Below, one piece after another: positions 45,631-54,477 of a DNA stretch of 64,000 nucleotides; the stretch's first letter is position 1; every line of letters begins with the position of its first letter. Source of the stretch: Actinomycetota bacterium (lineage in GTDB: Bacteria > Actinomycetota > UBA4738 > HRBIN12). The notes below the pieces were generated by a model. It saw only the letters and a program-made list of their open reading frames with translations, did no database searches and was not told the origin of the DNA. The DNA is taken from positions 7,782 to 71,781 of the forward strand of contig DATBIS010000005.1 in assembly GCA_036556805.1 (NCBI GenBank), read 5' to 3'. Both the position numbers and the translations under genes were made by a program.

Positions 45631-47552
45631 GAGCCGGCCGGCGGGATGGTGAGCGCCATCGCCATCACCGTCGAGAGCGGTCGGCCCGGCGCACGCAGCG
45701 AGAGAAGCCGGCCTCCCTCGATCCAGTCGAGCTCGTCGCGGTGGGGATCCCAGCGCCCCGGCACGCCGTCGACGGACACCTTCACGAGTTCCGAGGTCGT
45801 CGCCGGGAGGATCGTCGCGGGTTCGACGTGGAGATCGATCCGCCGGTCCGCCCCGTTCGGGTCGGCCGGCGCGAACGTCACGGTCACGCCGGTCACGCCG
45901 TCGGTGTTCGTGAGGTGGACGGTCTCGACCGCGTAGCCCTCGGGCAGGAGCGTGGGGAGGCGCAGCGGGAACGAGGTGTGACGCCGGGCCTGCGCGAGCG
46001 TGAGGGTTCCCGCGCTCGCCTTCGCGGAGAGCCAGGCGCGTGGAAGGCGCTCGCCGGTGACGGGCAGCGTGGCGGCGATCTGCAGGAGCTCGTCCCGCGA
46101 CAGGTTGGTCTCCAGCACGAGGTCGCGGTCACCCGCGTGGATGGTAAGGCGGCGGCCGCGCGTGTCGGTGGCCGGCTCGTAATACGCGACGCCGTTCGCG
46201 AGCTGCACCCTCTCGGCCGCGAGGTCGGCGCCGCCGAGCGGCGTCACGGCACCGGCCTCCCGCCGTTCACCCACGCGCAGGTACGACACGCCGCTCGCAT
46301 ACGTGATGAGCGCGTCGGGCGCCGACGGTCCGGCGTCGTCCGGCGGGACGACCGCCGAGGCCGGAGCGAGGTCGGCGAGGTACCCGGGCGTGAGGGGCTC
46401 GAAGCCGACCTCGCGGCGAAGGTCGGCCGCGGGGACCTCCGGCTGCACGACGCCGCCCGGGATCACGAAGTCTGCCTCCGGCGGGGTCACGAGCCGGATC
46501 GACGTGGCGGCGAGCTGCACGATCGGCCGCGAGGGGTCCTCCGGCGGCAAGCCGAACAGCCGCGCCCACTCGGTGCGATCGGAGCCCGGCGAGGGATAGA
46601 CCGTCGCGCGAAGCGGGAACCATCGCTGGGCGTCGACCCAGAGCACGACGCGGTCCTCCCCGAAGACCGGCCGCCACGTGCCGCCGACGTCGCGGAAGGC
46701 GAACAGCGGCGCCGCGCGCTCGAACGGCAGCTCCACGCGCACGGCGTCGCGACCGAGCACGGTGCCGGTGCCCGTGACCGTGATCCTGCCCGGGTTCGCG
46801 AGGACGTCGACCGGCACGACGAGGTCCGTCGCGAGTGACGCCTGCGTCGCGTACGGGGAGGACGTGCTCACCGGCTCTCGCGAGGGGAGACACGCGCTCG
46901 CGTCGATCACGGTCGGACACGGGAGGGTCCCGCGTCGATACATCGCGGTGCCGTTCGCGATGAACGTGAGGTCGGTGGGCGTGCGCGCGTCCGGATAGCT
47001 CGTCTCGTCGGTGACGTCGAGGCGGTAGCGGCCCGGTGAGGCGAACGCCACGCGCATCGAGAACGTGCGGCGAGCGATCCCCGGGAGTCCGCGCTCGACG
47101 ATCCGGAATGAGGCCTGGTAGGCATCCAGGTGGCGCGCGGCGGCCCGGACGCCCTTCACCACGAAGTCGGCCGTCACGGCGTTGCCCGACGGGCGCCACC
47201 ACGGCCCGCCGACGGCGACGCTGCCGGCGACCAGCCCCACGACGAGGGCGGCGGCGACCGGCGTCCGGCGGCCCGTGCGCCCGACCGACCCTCGGTGGGA
47301 CGCCGGTCGCCGCCGGGCGCGGGGCCCGCCGCCCTCGGCCTCGACCGACGCCATGATCCTGTCGGCGAGGTCGGGGATCTGCTCGGCGGGTCGGATGCGC
47401 ACCGACTGGCGAAGCCGCTCGGCGTTCGCCCGGAACGCCAGGCAGGCGACGCAGGAGGCCACGTGCTCGTCGAGCGCGGCGGCATGGCGGGCGGACAGAC
47501 GCTCGCCGTCCATGCGCTCGGAGAGACTCGCTCGCGCGCGGGAGCAGTTCAC
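45627..47552 (-). CDS. Anti-sigma factor (zf-HC2, one TM) with large LolA/RseB-like extracytoplasmic domain
   Basis: HVASCVACLAF (H-x3-C-x2-C), followed by a TM segment and a beta-rich domain. GTG 47552 overlaps the sigma stop (GTGA). Confidence 0.75.
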   Translation of the reverse strand: MNCSRARASLSERMDGERLSARHAAALDEHVASCVACLAFRANAERLRQSVRIRPAEQIPDLADRIMASVEAEGGGPRARRRPASHRGSVGRTGRRTPVAAALVVGLVAGSVAVGGPWWRPSGNAVTADFVVKGVRAAARHLDAYQASFRIVERGLPGIARRTFSMRVAFASPGRYRLDVTDETSYPDARTPTDLTFIANGTAMYRRGTLPCPTVIDASACLPSREPVSTSSPYATQASLATDLVVPVDVLANPGRITVTGTGTVLGRDAVRVELPFERAAPLFAFRDVGGTWRPVFGEDRVVLWVDAQRWFPLRATVYPSPGSDRTEWARLFGLPPEDPSRPIVQLAATSIRLVTPPEADFVIPGGVVQPEVPAADLRREVGFEPLTPGYLADLAPASAVVPPDDAGPSAPDALITYASGVSYLRVGERREAGAVTPLGGADLAAERVQLANGVAYYEPATDTRGRRLTIHAGDRDLVLETNLSRDELLQIAATLPVTGERLPRAWLSAKASAGTLTLAQARRHTSFPLRLPTLLPEGYAVETVHLTNTDGVTGVTVTFAPADPNGADRRIDLHVEPATILPATTSELVKVSVDGVPGRWDPHRDELDWIEGGRLLSLRAPGRPLSTVMAMALTIPPAGS

Positions 47553-48085
47553 CGCGCCTCCTCTTCCTCGTCCTCGTCGGCAAGCGCCCGGCAGAGCGCG
47601 GCTCGCGCCCGGTGCATGCGGCTCTTCACGGTCCCCACGCGCACGCCGAGCACGTCGGCCGCCTCCTGGTAGGAGAGCCCGAAGACCTCGATCAGCAGGA
47701 AGGGCTCGCGATGGTCGTCCGACACGGACGAGAGCGCGGCGTCGAGCTCCGCGCGCGCGATCGGGTCGGTCCAGTACCCGACCGGCGGACGTTCTCGCTC
47801 GTGGCGCGCGACGTGGCTCCGCTGCCGGCGCATCGCGTCCATCGCGCAGTTGCGTGCGATGCGGAAGAGCCACGACGAGAAGCGCGAGTCGCCGCGGTAG
47901 GTCCCGAAGAACCGGTAGACGCGGAGGAACGCGTCCTGCGTCACGTCCTCGGCCATCGTCCGATCCCGGGTGAGGTGCCACGCGAACCGAAACACGTCGG
48001 CCTGGTACGCGCGCACGAGGTCCTCGAACGCGCCGAGGTCGCCCCCCTGGGCCCGGGCGACCGTTCGCGGGTCGGGTTCCTGCAC
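47549..48085 (-). CDS. ECF (group 4) sigma factor
   Basis: Region 2 (FEDLVRAYQADVFRFAWHLT, DVTQDAFLRVY) and region 4 (LSYQEAADVLGVRVGTVKSRMHRAR). GTG 48085 follows GAGGGGAG. Confidence 0.9.
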   Translation of the reverse strand: MQEPDPRTVARAQGGDLGAFEDLVRAYQADVFRFAWHLTRDRTMAEDVTQDAFLRVYRFFGTYRGDSRFSSWLFRIARNCAMDAMRRQRSHVARHERERPPVGYWTDPIARAELDAALSSVSDDHREPFLLIEVFGLSYQEAADVLGVRVGTVKSRMHRARAALCRALADEDEEEEAR

Positions 48086-48199
48086 GCGGCTCCCCTCTGA
48101 CCTGCCGGTCACGAAGAGCTTACGGACGCCGCAAGGGGCGCCTGCGCTCGAGCGTGCCCGTCCACGCACTCCGAACGAGAGTTGCGAACACCGCCTTGC

Positions 48200-48226
48200 A
48201 GACGTGGCGAGGCCGTGCGAAGTTCC
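48200..48226 (-). promoter_or_regulatory. ECF-type promoter GGAAC-N17-CGTCT
   Basis: Minus strand reads GGAACTTCGCACGGCCTCGCCACGTCT about 115 nt upstream of the ECF sigma start. This matches the common ECF -35 GGAAC / -10 CGTC pattern, suggesting autoregulation. Confidence 0.5.
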
Positions 48227-48249
48227 GTGCCGGACCGCGGTCCGCGGCC

Positions 48250-48531
48250 TCAGCCGAGCGCGGCGGGGTGCTCGAGCCGGTCGGCGAGGCGCTCGGCCTT
48301 TCGGATCGCGAGGTAGGGCCGTCCCGCGGAGACCTCTGCGGCGATCGCGAGGAGCTCGGCCTCGAGCCGGGCCCCCATGCGCCCACCCCGTCCGCGCACG
48401 AGCGGCTCGAGCCGGCCGACGGCTTCATCGAGTCGCCGGAGCGCGTTCGGCAGCTCCTGCCGGCGGGCCCGGAAGGCGTCGAGGGAGACGATCTCACCCA
48501 TGGCGCCGACGATAACGAGGACCTCCGACAC
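48250..48531 (-). CDS. Hypothetical small helical protein (start uncertain; ATG 48501 alternative)
   Basis: 93-codon ORF downstream of the BNR gene on the same strand, with coding-like composition. No recognisable family. Confidence 0.5.
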   Translation of the reverse strand: MSEVLVIVGAMGEIVSLDAFRARRQELPNALRRLDEAVGRLEPLVRGRGGRMGARLEAELLAIAAEVSAGRPYLAIRKAERLADRLEHPAALG

Positions 48532-48561
48532 GCCGCCGACCTGCGACGACGGTGTGAGCCG

Positions 48562-49626
48562 CTACGCCACGCGCACCGAGGTGACCGGCGCGATCCGCTC
48601 GGCAGCCGTGAACCACGTCTTCCCGGCGTCGCCCGACCCGAACACCTCGCCCGAGGTCGCGCCGAAGAAGAGCTCGAGCTCGTCTCCCTGTCCACCGGCG
48701 CCGAACGCCTGCCGGTAGATCGTGAGATACGCCTCCTGCGGCAGACCGTCCGACCGGGCGGTCCAGCTCGCTCCGGCGTCGCGCGTCTCGTACACGCGCA
48801 GCTTGCCCTCCGGCACCACGCGATCCTCCGCGCCCACGAGCGGGATCACGAACGCGCTGTCGGGGTCGGCGGGATCGAGGGCGAGCGGGAAGCCGAACTT
48901 GCTCGACAGCCCCTCGTGGATGTCGATCCACGATCCGCCCTCGTCGTCGGAGCGGTAGACGTTCCCGTGGAACTGCATGAACAGCCGCTCCGGCCGCGCG
49001 GGAGCCCGGTGCATGTTGTGCACGCAGAGCGTGTTCGTCCCCTCGCGCGCCTCCTCGGGCATGTACTCGGGAACCAGGCCGGTGTACCCGGTGCGCCAGG
49101 ACTGACCCGCGTCCTCGGTGATCCACACACCGACGGCTGAGATGCCGATCGCGAGCCGGCTCGGGTCTCCCGGCCACGGGCAGATCGAATGCAGGGCGAG
49201 TCCCCCGAGGCCAGGCTGCCAATCGCCGCCCTCGCGCTCCTTCGCGAGCGCCTCGTTGATCTCCCAGCTCTCGCCGCCATCGGTCGAGACGAACAGCGAG
49301 GCGGGATCGACCCCTGCGTACAGCAGGCCGTCGGCCTCGCCGGGCTTCACGACCCAGATGCGTTCGAGCGTCGTCTCGCTTCCCTCGGGGAACGCCGGAC
49401 CCTTCGCGACCTGCCATTCCTCGGCCGCCACGTCGTCCGTGAAATAGAGCCGTGGGCCGTAGAACCCCGACGTGACGCTCGCGAAGTAGCGCCCCGAGCG
49501 AGGATCCCGGATCGCGAACTCCACGACGTTGCCGGCGAACGCCCGGTGCGCGACGTCGAACGCCGAGCCCGGGGTCCCTCGCAGGACGAACAGCCCCTTC
49601 TTGGTGCCGACCAGAACCTCGGTCAT
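48562..49626 (-). CDS. Cytosolic BNR/Asp-box repeat beta-propeller protein (sialidase-fold / Ycf48-like)
   Basis: Five Asp-box motifs (STDGGESW, TEDAGQSW, SDDEGGSW, TRDAGASW, SGDAGKTW). No signal peptide. ATG overlaps the upstream stop (ATGA). Confidence 0.8.
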   Translation of the reverse strand: MTEVLVGTKKGLFVLRGTPGSAFDVAHRAFAGNVVEFAIRDPRSGRYFASVTSGFYGPRLYFTDDVAAEEWQVAKGPAFPEGSETTLERIWVVKPGEADGLLYAGVDPASLFVSTDGGESWEINEALAKEREGGDWQPGLGGLALHSICPWPGDPSRLAIGISAVGVWITEDAGQSWRTGYTGLVPEYMPEEAREGTNTLCVHNMHRAPARPERLFMQFHGNVYRSDDEGGSWIDIHEGLSSKFGFPLALDPADPDSAFVIPLVGAEDRVVPEGKLRVYETRDAGASWTARSDGLPQEAYLTIYRQAFGAGGQGDELELFFGATSGEVFGSGDAGKTWFTAAERIAPVTSVRVA

Positions 49627-49889
49627 GCCGATCCTCCCGTGATCGAGGGGAGGACGTGCAGGCGATCCTGCGGCGTGAGCGGGGCGTCCTCCCTGGTCAT
49701 CTCCCCGTTCACGAAGACGTTCACGTGACGGCGCACCTGGCCCTGATCATCCAGGATCCAGCCGACGGTCCTCGGGTGGATGCGCTCGAGCTCGCGCAGG
49801 ACCGCGAGCAGCGAGGCCCCCTCGATCTCCACCTCGGCGTTGCCGCCCGCGAGGTCCTTCAGCGGCGCGCGCAGCAGCACGATCGCCAT
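49623..49889 (-). CDS. ThiS/MoaD-family beta-grasp protein with GG followed by two extra residues
   Basis: 88 aa. C-terminus is ...LHVLPSITGGSA. VFVNGE block typical of ThiS/MoaD. TAGACT ends 7 nt upstream of the ATG. Confidence 0.75.
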   Translation of the reverse strand: MAIVLLRAPLKDLAGGNAEVEIEGASLLAVLRELERIHPRTVGWILDDQGQVRRHVNVFVNGEMTREDAPLTPQDRLHVLPSITGGSA

Positions 49890-49936
49890 CGGCCGAGTCT
49901 ACGACCGGGCGGACCCGGACACTTTCGCGGTCTTGC

Positions 49937-51058
49937 TCAGCGGAAGAGCGCCACCCGGCGGTACGTGCCGTTCGAGACGTTCGTGAAGATGCCGCCGACC
50001 GCGAGGTTGGTGCCGTCCGTCGCGAACGCCCAGATCTGCTTGTTCGGCTTCGGCACCCACGTCGGGTCCGGAGCCCCGTTCGACGGATCGAGGGCCGCGA
50101 GCCGCGGGATCGTGAACGTCTGATCCTTGAGCGTGATGAAGTGCCCGCCGGCGATCACCTGTCCGTTGTAGTACGTGACCGCATTCACGTCGCCGTCGGT
50201 GCCGGTCGTCCACCGGAGCTGGCCCGTCGAGGTCCACGACCTCACCTTTCCGAGCAGGCCGGCGATCGCCGCGTACACGTTGCCGTCGGGTCCGGTCACG
50301 AGGCCGAAGACCTCGTCGCTCGACTGATACGCCCACGGCAGCGTCGCGCCGGAAACGGCGTCGAGGCGGACGATGTGCCGCTGGTTCTGGCCGTTGAGCT
50401 CGGTGAAGTAGCCGCCCGCGATCACGGCGCCGCCCGCCATCGTGAGCGCCTTCACGCGGTCGTTCGCCGACGCGGTCCATGAGAGAAGGGCTCCCGCGGT
50501 CGTCACGGCGCCGAGGCGCTGCCGCGACTGCCCGCCCATCGTCGTGAACTTGCCGCCCACGTACACCGTGGACCCGCTCACGAACAGGGCGCTCACCGTG
50601 TCGTTGGCGCCCGTGGCCCAGGGGATCACGGCGCCGCTCTGGTCGACCGCGCCGATGCGGGTACGGGAGGTCCCGTTGATGTTCGTGAACGATCCGCCGA
50701 CGATGATGTTCGTGCCGTCGGTGGCGAGCGCCTCGACGGTCCCGTTCGTCGTCGGCGCCCACGACAGCAAGCCGCCGGTCGTGAGGTCGATCGCCGCGAG
50801 GTGCTGCCGCGACGTCGTTGTCAAGCCATCGGGCGAGATGACGTTCGTGAACGCGCCCCCGATGTACAGCGTGTTGCCGAGGATGAGCTGCGCCTTGACC
50901 GCCGCGGTCGCGCCCCAGGTCTTGAACACCGGCTTCTGCGGTGGCGATGCCAAGGCCGGTTGGGCTGCGAGCACGAGGCCGAGGGTCGTGATGAGCGCGA
51001 CGGCGCCGGAGCGGGCGAGATGCCTGCGCGCCGTGGCGAGGCCGGTCCGAGGGGTCAC
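49937..51058 (-). CDS. Secreted repeat beta-propeller protein (delta-60 / DUF5122-like repeats)
   Basis: Signal peptide (ARRHLARSGAVALITTLGLVLAAQPALA). About 7 repeats of GG.FT...G..R..L.A.D...G....W. Confidence 0.75.
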   Translation of the reverse strand: MTPRTGLATARRHLARSGAVALITTLGLVLAAQPALASPPQKPVFKTWGATAAVKAQLILGNTLYIGGAFTNVISPDGLTTTSRQHLAAIDLTTGGLLSWAPTTNGTVEALATDGTNIIVGGSFTNINGTSRTRIGAVDQSGAVIPWATGANDTVSALFVSGSTVYVGGKFTTMGGQSRQRLGAVTTAGALLSWTASANDRVKALTMAGGAVIAGGYFTELNGQNQRHIVRLDAVSGATLPWAYQSSDEVFGLVTGPDGNVYAAIAGLLGKVRSWTSTGQLRWTTGTDGDVNAVTYYNGQVIAGGHFITLKDQTFTIPRLAALDPSNGAPDPTWVPKPNKQIWAFATDGTNLAVGGIFTNVSNGTYRRVALFR

Positions 51059-51326
51059 CGTTCCTCCTGGAGCGTTGGGGGGAGCACTCTGGTCGGCGGA
51101 CGCTCCCGCGAAGGTCAGAATCTACCCGAAGGGCGCGCGCAAACGCATCCCCCCCACGGCCATTTTCCGGTGATCTCCGTCACCGGGTTTCTTCCTTGGC
51201 CCGTCGCAGTCGTCGCCCGCCGCCGTCGAAGGAAACCGCCGGCTCGGGGATAGGCCGAGCCGCGGCGCGCCGGTACGCTCGTCGCCACTCCCTCGGCCGA
51301 GCTCGAGTTCGCCGCGGGGAGGGGAG

Positions 51327-52418
51327 ATGGTCGACGTCGCGAGGGTCGTGCTCGCGCTCGAGGAGCACGATGTCGCCGAGGAGGTGATGCACTTCCTCGA
51401 TCGAAGCGGCCGCTCGCGCGTCGTGGCGACGGCCACGGACGACCGGCAGCTCCTCGAGGCGGTGCGCCAGCTCGAGCCCGACGCCGTCGTGGCGCAGCCT
51501 TCTCTGCTGAACGGCGAGCACTTCGACCGCGCGGTCTTGGCCGTGGACACGCGGGAGTCGGTGGCGGGCCTCCGCGCGGCCATGCGGGCGGGCGCGCGCG
51601 GGTTCTTCGTCTGGCCGTCCGAGCGAGAGGCGCTCGCGACCGCGGCCGCCCGCACCGCGAGCGCCGGTCAGGTCTCCCACGCCCGCGCTCGGACGATCGC
51701 GGTGTTCGCGCCGCGCGGGGCCGGCGGCACGTTCGTCGCGACGCACCTCGCGGCGGCCGTCGCGCGCCGCACGCTGGACTGCCTGCTCGTCGATGCGGAT
51801 CCCCTCTTCGGCGACGTGACGGCCGCCCTGGGCGCCCTCGCGGCCGAAGGCGCGCCACCGCGGACGATCGGCGACCTGCTGCCGCTCGTCGAGGAGCTCG
51901 ACGAGTCGGCCGTTCGCGAGGCGGCCTGGGCCCACCCGGACGGGTTCCGCGCGTTGCTCGCTCCCGAAGGTCCCGGCGAGGCTTCGATGGAGGCGGCCGA
52001 GCTCCGGCGCGTGCTCGCGGCCGCCGCGACCGCGGCCGACGTCGTCGTCGTGCACCTTCCCCGGTCGCTCGACGATCTCGCGATCGCGGCGATCGAGTGG
52101 GCGGACCGCGTCGTGTTCGTGCTGAGCCTCGACGCGCTTTCGTTCCGTTCGGCGAAACGAGCGTGCGAGCGATTGCGTGGCGTCCAGGTGGAGTTCGTGG
52201 TGAATCGGGCCGCGCGTGCGGAGGTGACGCCCGGCGACGTCGTGCGCGTCTTCGGAAGGGAGCCACTCGCCGTGCTCCCGTTCGACCGCGCGGTCGCCCG
52301 CGCGCAGGACCACGGCTGTTTGGTGCCGCCGCGAAGCCGATTGGGACGGGCGGTCGATCGACTCGCCACGCGTCTGCTCGAGGAGGCGAACCGGACCCCA
52401 GCCGAGGAGCCGCGCTAG
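51327..52418 (+). CDS. TadZ/CpaE/Ssd-like protein (receiver-like N-domain plus MinD/ParA-fold with degenerate Walker A)
   Basis: ParA-fold block IAVFAPRGAGGTFVATHLA...LLVDADPLFGDV. The expected KGGxGK[ST] lysines are absent. ATG follows GGGGAGGGGAG. Confidence 0.7.
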   Translation: MVDVARVVLALEEHDVAEEVMHFLDRSGRSRVVATATDDRQLLEAVRQLEPDAVVAQPSLLNGEHFDRAVLAVDTRESVAGLRAAMRAGARGFFVWPSEREALATAAARTASAGQVSHARARTIAVFAPRGAGGTFVATHLAAAVARRTLDCLLVDADPLFGDVTAALGALAAEGAPPRTIGDLLPLVEELDESAVREAAWAHPDGFRALLAPEGPGEASMEAAELRRVLAAAATAADVVVVHLPRSLDDLAIAAIEWADRVVFVLSLDALSFRSAKRACERLRGVQVEFVVNRAARAEVTPGDVVRVFGREPLAVLPFDRAVARAQDHGCLVPPRSRLGRAVDRLATRLLEEANRTPAEEPR

Positions 52419-54391
52419 CGAATCCCCGCCATCTGCCGTGCGAATGCGAGTGGCGACGTCGCCGTGAGGTCGATCGCGGGCTCCACGGTCGAGAAGGACT
52501 CCACGTTGTCCCTGAATTTCGCGTCGTTCGAGAACGTCTCGAAAACGTCGACGCCGTCCGCGGGGCACGGACGCATGTGCGGCAACGATCCGTGGAAGAG
52601 CGTGCCGTTCGGGCCCTCGACGACGGCGCCCGCAAGGATGGGGGGCGTCCCGTCGAGCGAGCCGACGATGTTGGTGACCTGATGCTGAAGGCAGTGGGGA
52701 AACGTGGTGCCGGCGCCGACGATCAGCGAGGTACCCCACGCGTTGGCGCCGAGGATGTTCGCGAGCCAGCGCGCGCTCCAGTCCGCGTACTCGTCCGTGC
52801 CGGTGAGCTCGTCGTACTCGCTCGCCATCACGGAGAGGCCGGCGCCGTGCGAGGTCGTGTCCCACACGGCCCAGGGGAAGCCGAACTGGAACGGGTCGCG
52901 GCCCGCCTGCTCGATCGCACCGTCCAGCTGCCGTTTGAGATCGGCGAGCAGTGCCTCGCGCGTCGTCGCGAGCCCCTGGGGGTCGCCGGCCTCCTCGATC
53001 GCGCGGTAGAGGTCGTAATGCGCGAGACCGCTCACGTCGTACAGGTTCAACGTGTCGCCGCCGGTCCCTTCGATATACGCGTTCGCCCAGCGCGCGGCCT
53101 CTTCCAGGTAGAACGAAGGGTCTGGATGAGGGAGCCCCCGCGCGAGGTCGGTGTCCGCCGTCGCGAAGAAGAGCTCGACCGCGCCGAGCTCGAGGTCGGA
53201 GCGCCACTCGCGCTCGGGGTAGAAGCCGAACGGGATCACGGTGAGCAGCTTGTCCGGGTTGGTGTCCGCGAGGTCGTAGATGTGTTGGGCGGCCGTCAGA
53301 CATCGGTCGGCGAGCTCCGGATCGGAGGACCGGAACACGATCGAGCACAGGGCGAAGGCGGCGGCATCCCGCCCCGCGAGGTTCGGCGAGATCGGGGAGC
53401 CGGGAGGGCCGGCGCGGAACACCGGCCGGTCGCGAAGGTACCGGAACCGCGGGTCGTTGCCGTGCAGCTCGTCGTCGTCCTGGGGAAGCCGCCAGATGTC
53501 GTGGTCACCGACGACGGTCTCGTTCCCGGATCCGATCCCCACCTGGTAGTAGAGCGTGCGGGTCTTGTCGTTCCACAACCGAAGCAGGAACTCGACGCCG
53601 AACCTGACCTCCTCGGTGAAGTCGGCGGTTGCCGAGTCGCCGCCCATCTGTTCGGGGAAATCCCGAACGCCCGCAAGCAATACCGCGACGGTGTAGCTCG
53701 TGGTCTGCACGAACTTCACGTAATCACCGGCGTCCCACCACCCACCCGATGCGTCGATCCTCCGGCCGAGAGGCGAGAGCTCGCCCTCGAACTCGCCCGA
53801 CGGCCGGTACTCGGGCGTGAGATAGGTCATCGCGTTGGCGTCGTTGAGGTGCGCGGGGGCCGTGCGGAGGTCGGAGGGGATGTAGTCGGCCCCATCACGC
53901 TCGTTCTGGAAGAACGAGAGCGAGTTCGCGATCACGTCCCGGTACACGTTCGCCGCCGTGTCGATCGTGAACGGGGGGGAAGTTGCCGGCCCCGGCCCGA
54001 CGACCGTGATCGTGTACGAGCCCGGTTGCCGCACCCCGTCGAAGTCGATCGCGTACACGTGCGGGAAGGCGTCGTTCCACGACCCGAGTTCGGCACCGAT
54101 GGGTGCGCGTAGCTTCACTCGGCCGTCGTCGTCGACCAAGGTGAAGAGCGCACCGGCCTCGGGGACGTTCGCCATCACGTAGGCGCGCTTCGAGGCCTCG
54201 ATCGAGTAGCCGACCTGGTTGACGCGCACGAACGCGGTGCTGGCGGGGACGCTCGGGGGAGGCGAGGGAGCCGAGTTCGGCAACAGGGTGGAGGACGAGG
54301 GAGAGGAGGTGCAGGCTCCGGCGAGAAGTCCGACGAGAATCAGCGCGATCGGCGAGCGTCGATGGGCGGCAGCCGTCCGCGGTCCGTTCAA
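52415..54391 (-). CDS. GH9 glycoside hydrolase lipoprotein with N-terminal Ig-like (CelD_N-type) domain
   Basis: GH9 signature GGWWDAGDYVKF and DHDIWRLPQDD block. Ig-like VNQVGYS domain. TTG 54391 gives signal peptide MNGPRTAAAHRRSPIALILVGLLAGAC. The track start TTG 54457 would place the operator inside the coding region. Confidence 0.8.
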   Translation of the reverse strand: MNGPRTAAAHRRSPIALILVGLLAGACTSSPSSSTLLPNSAPSPPPSVPASTAFVRVNQVGYSIEASKRAYVMANVPEAGALFTLVDDDGRVKLRAPIGAELGSWNDAFPHVYAIDFDGVRQPGSYTITVVGPGPATSPPFTIDTAANVYRDVIANSLSFFQNERDGADYIPSDLRTAPAHLNDANAMTYLTPEYRPSGEFEGELSPLGRRIDASGGWWDAGDYVKFVQTTSYTVAVLLAGVRDFPEQMGGDSATADFTEEVRFGVEFLLRLWNDKTRTLYYQVGIGSGNETVVGDHDIWRLPQDDDELHGNDPRFRYLRDRPVFRAGPPGSPISPNLAGRDAAAFALCSIVFRSSDPELADRCLTAAQHIYDLADTNPDKLLTVIPFGFYPEREWRSDLELGAVELFFATADTDLARGLPHPDPSFYLEEAARWANAYIEGTGGDTLNLYDVSGLAHYDLYRAIEEAGDPQGLATTREALLADLKRQLDGAIEQAGRDPFQFGFPWAVWDTTSHGAGLSVMASEYDELTGTDEYADWSARWLANILGANAWGTSLIVGAGTTFPHCLQHQVTNIVGSLDGTPPILAGAVVEGPNGTLFHGSLPHMRPCPADGVDVFETFSNDAKFRDNVESFSTVEPAIDLTATSPLAFARQMAGIR

Positions 54392-54392
54392 A

Positions 54393-54409
54393 ATAGGAAA
54401 CTTTCCTAA
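54393..54409. promoter_or_regulatory. Operator box 3: ATAGGAAACTTTCCTAA
   Basis: Third copy of the palindrome. On the minus strand it lies between a TACGAT hexamer (54433-54428) and the TTG start at 54391. Its AGGAAAG half could double as the SD. Confidence 0.7.
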
Positions 54410-54477
54410 CTTTCTTTGGTCGGCGGCATCGTAGCGCCGCGCCGGAATCGCGGTCAAGCGGCTGCTACCGTCCCTGC

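Noticed and set aside
54392-54457. TTG 54457 as the GH9 start, and the peptides LGKFP / LGNFP encoded by the palindromes
   Set aside because: The similar peptides are simply what the palindrome translates to on either strand. Using 54457 would give a 49-aa pre-lipobox leader and leave only 20 bp to the divergent MOSC gene. TTG 54391 gives a normal lipoprotein signal peptide. The CE4 start at 16823 is kept because no downstream start exists before the NodB domain.
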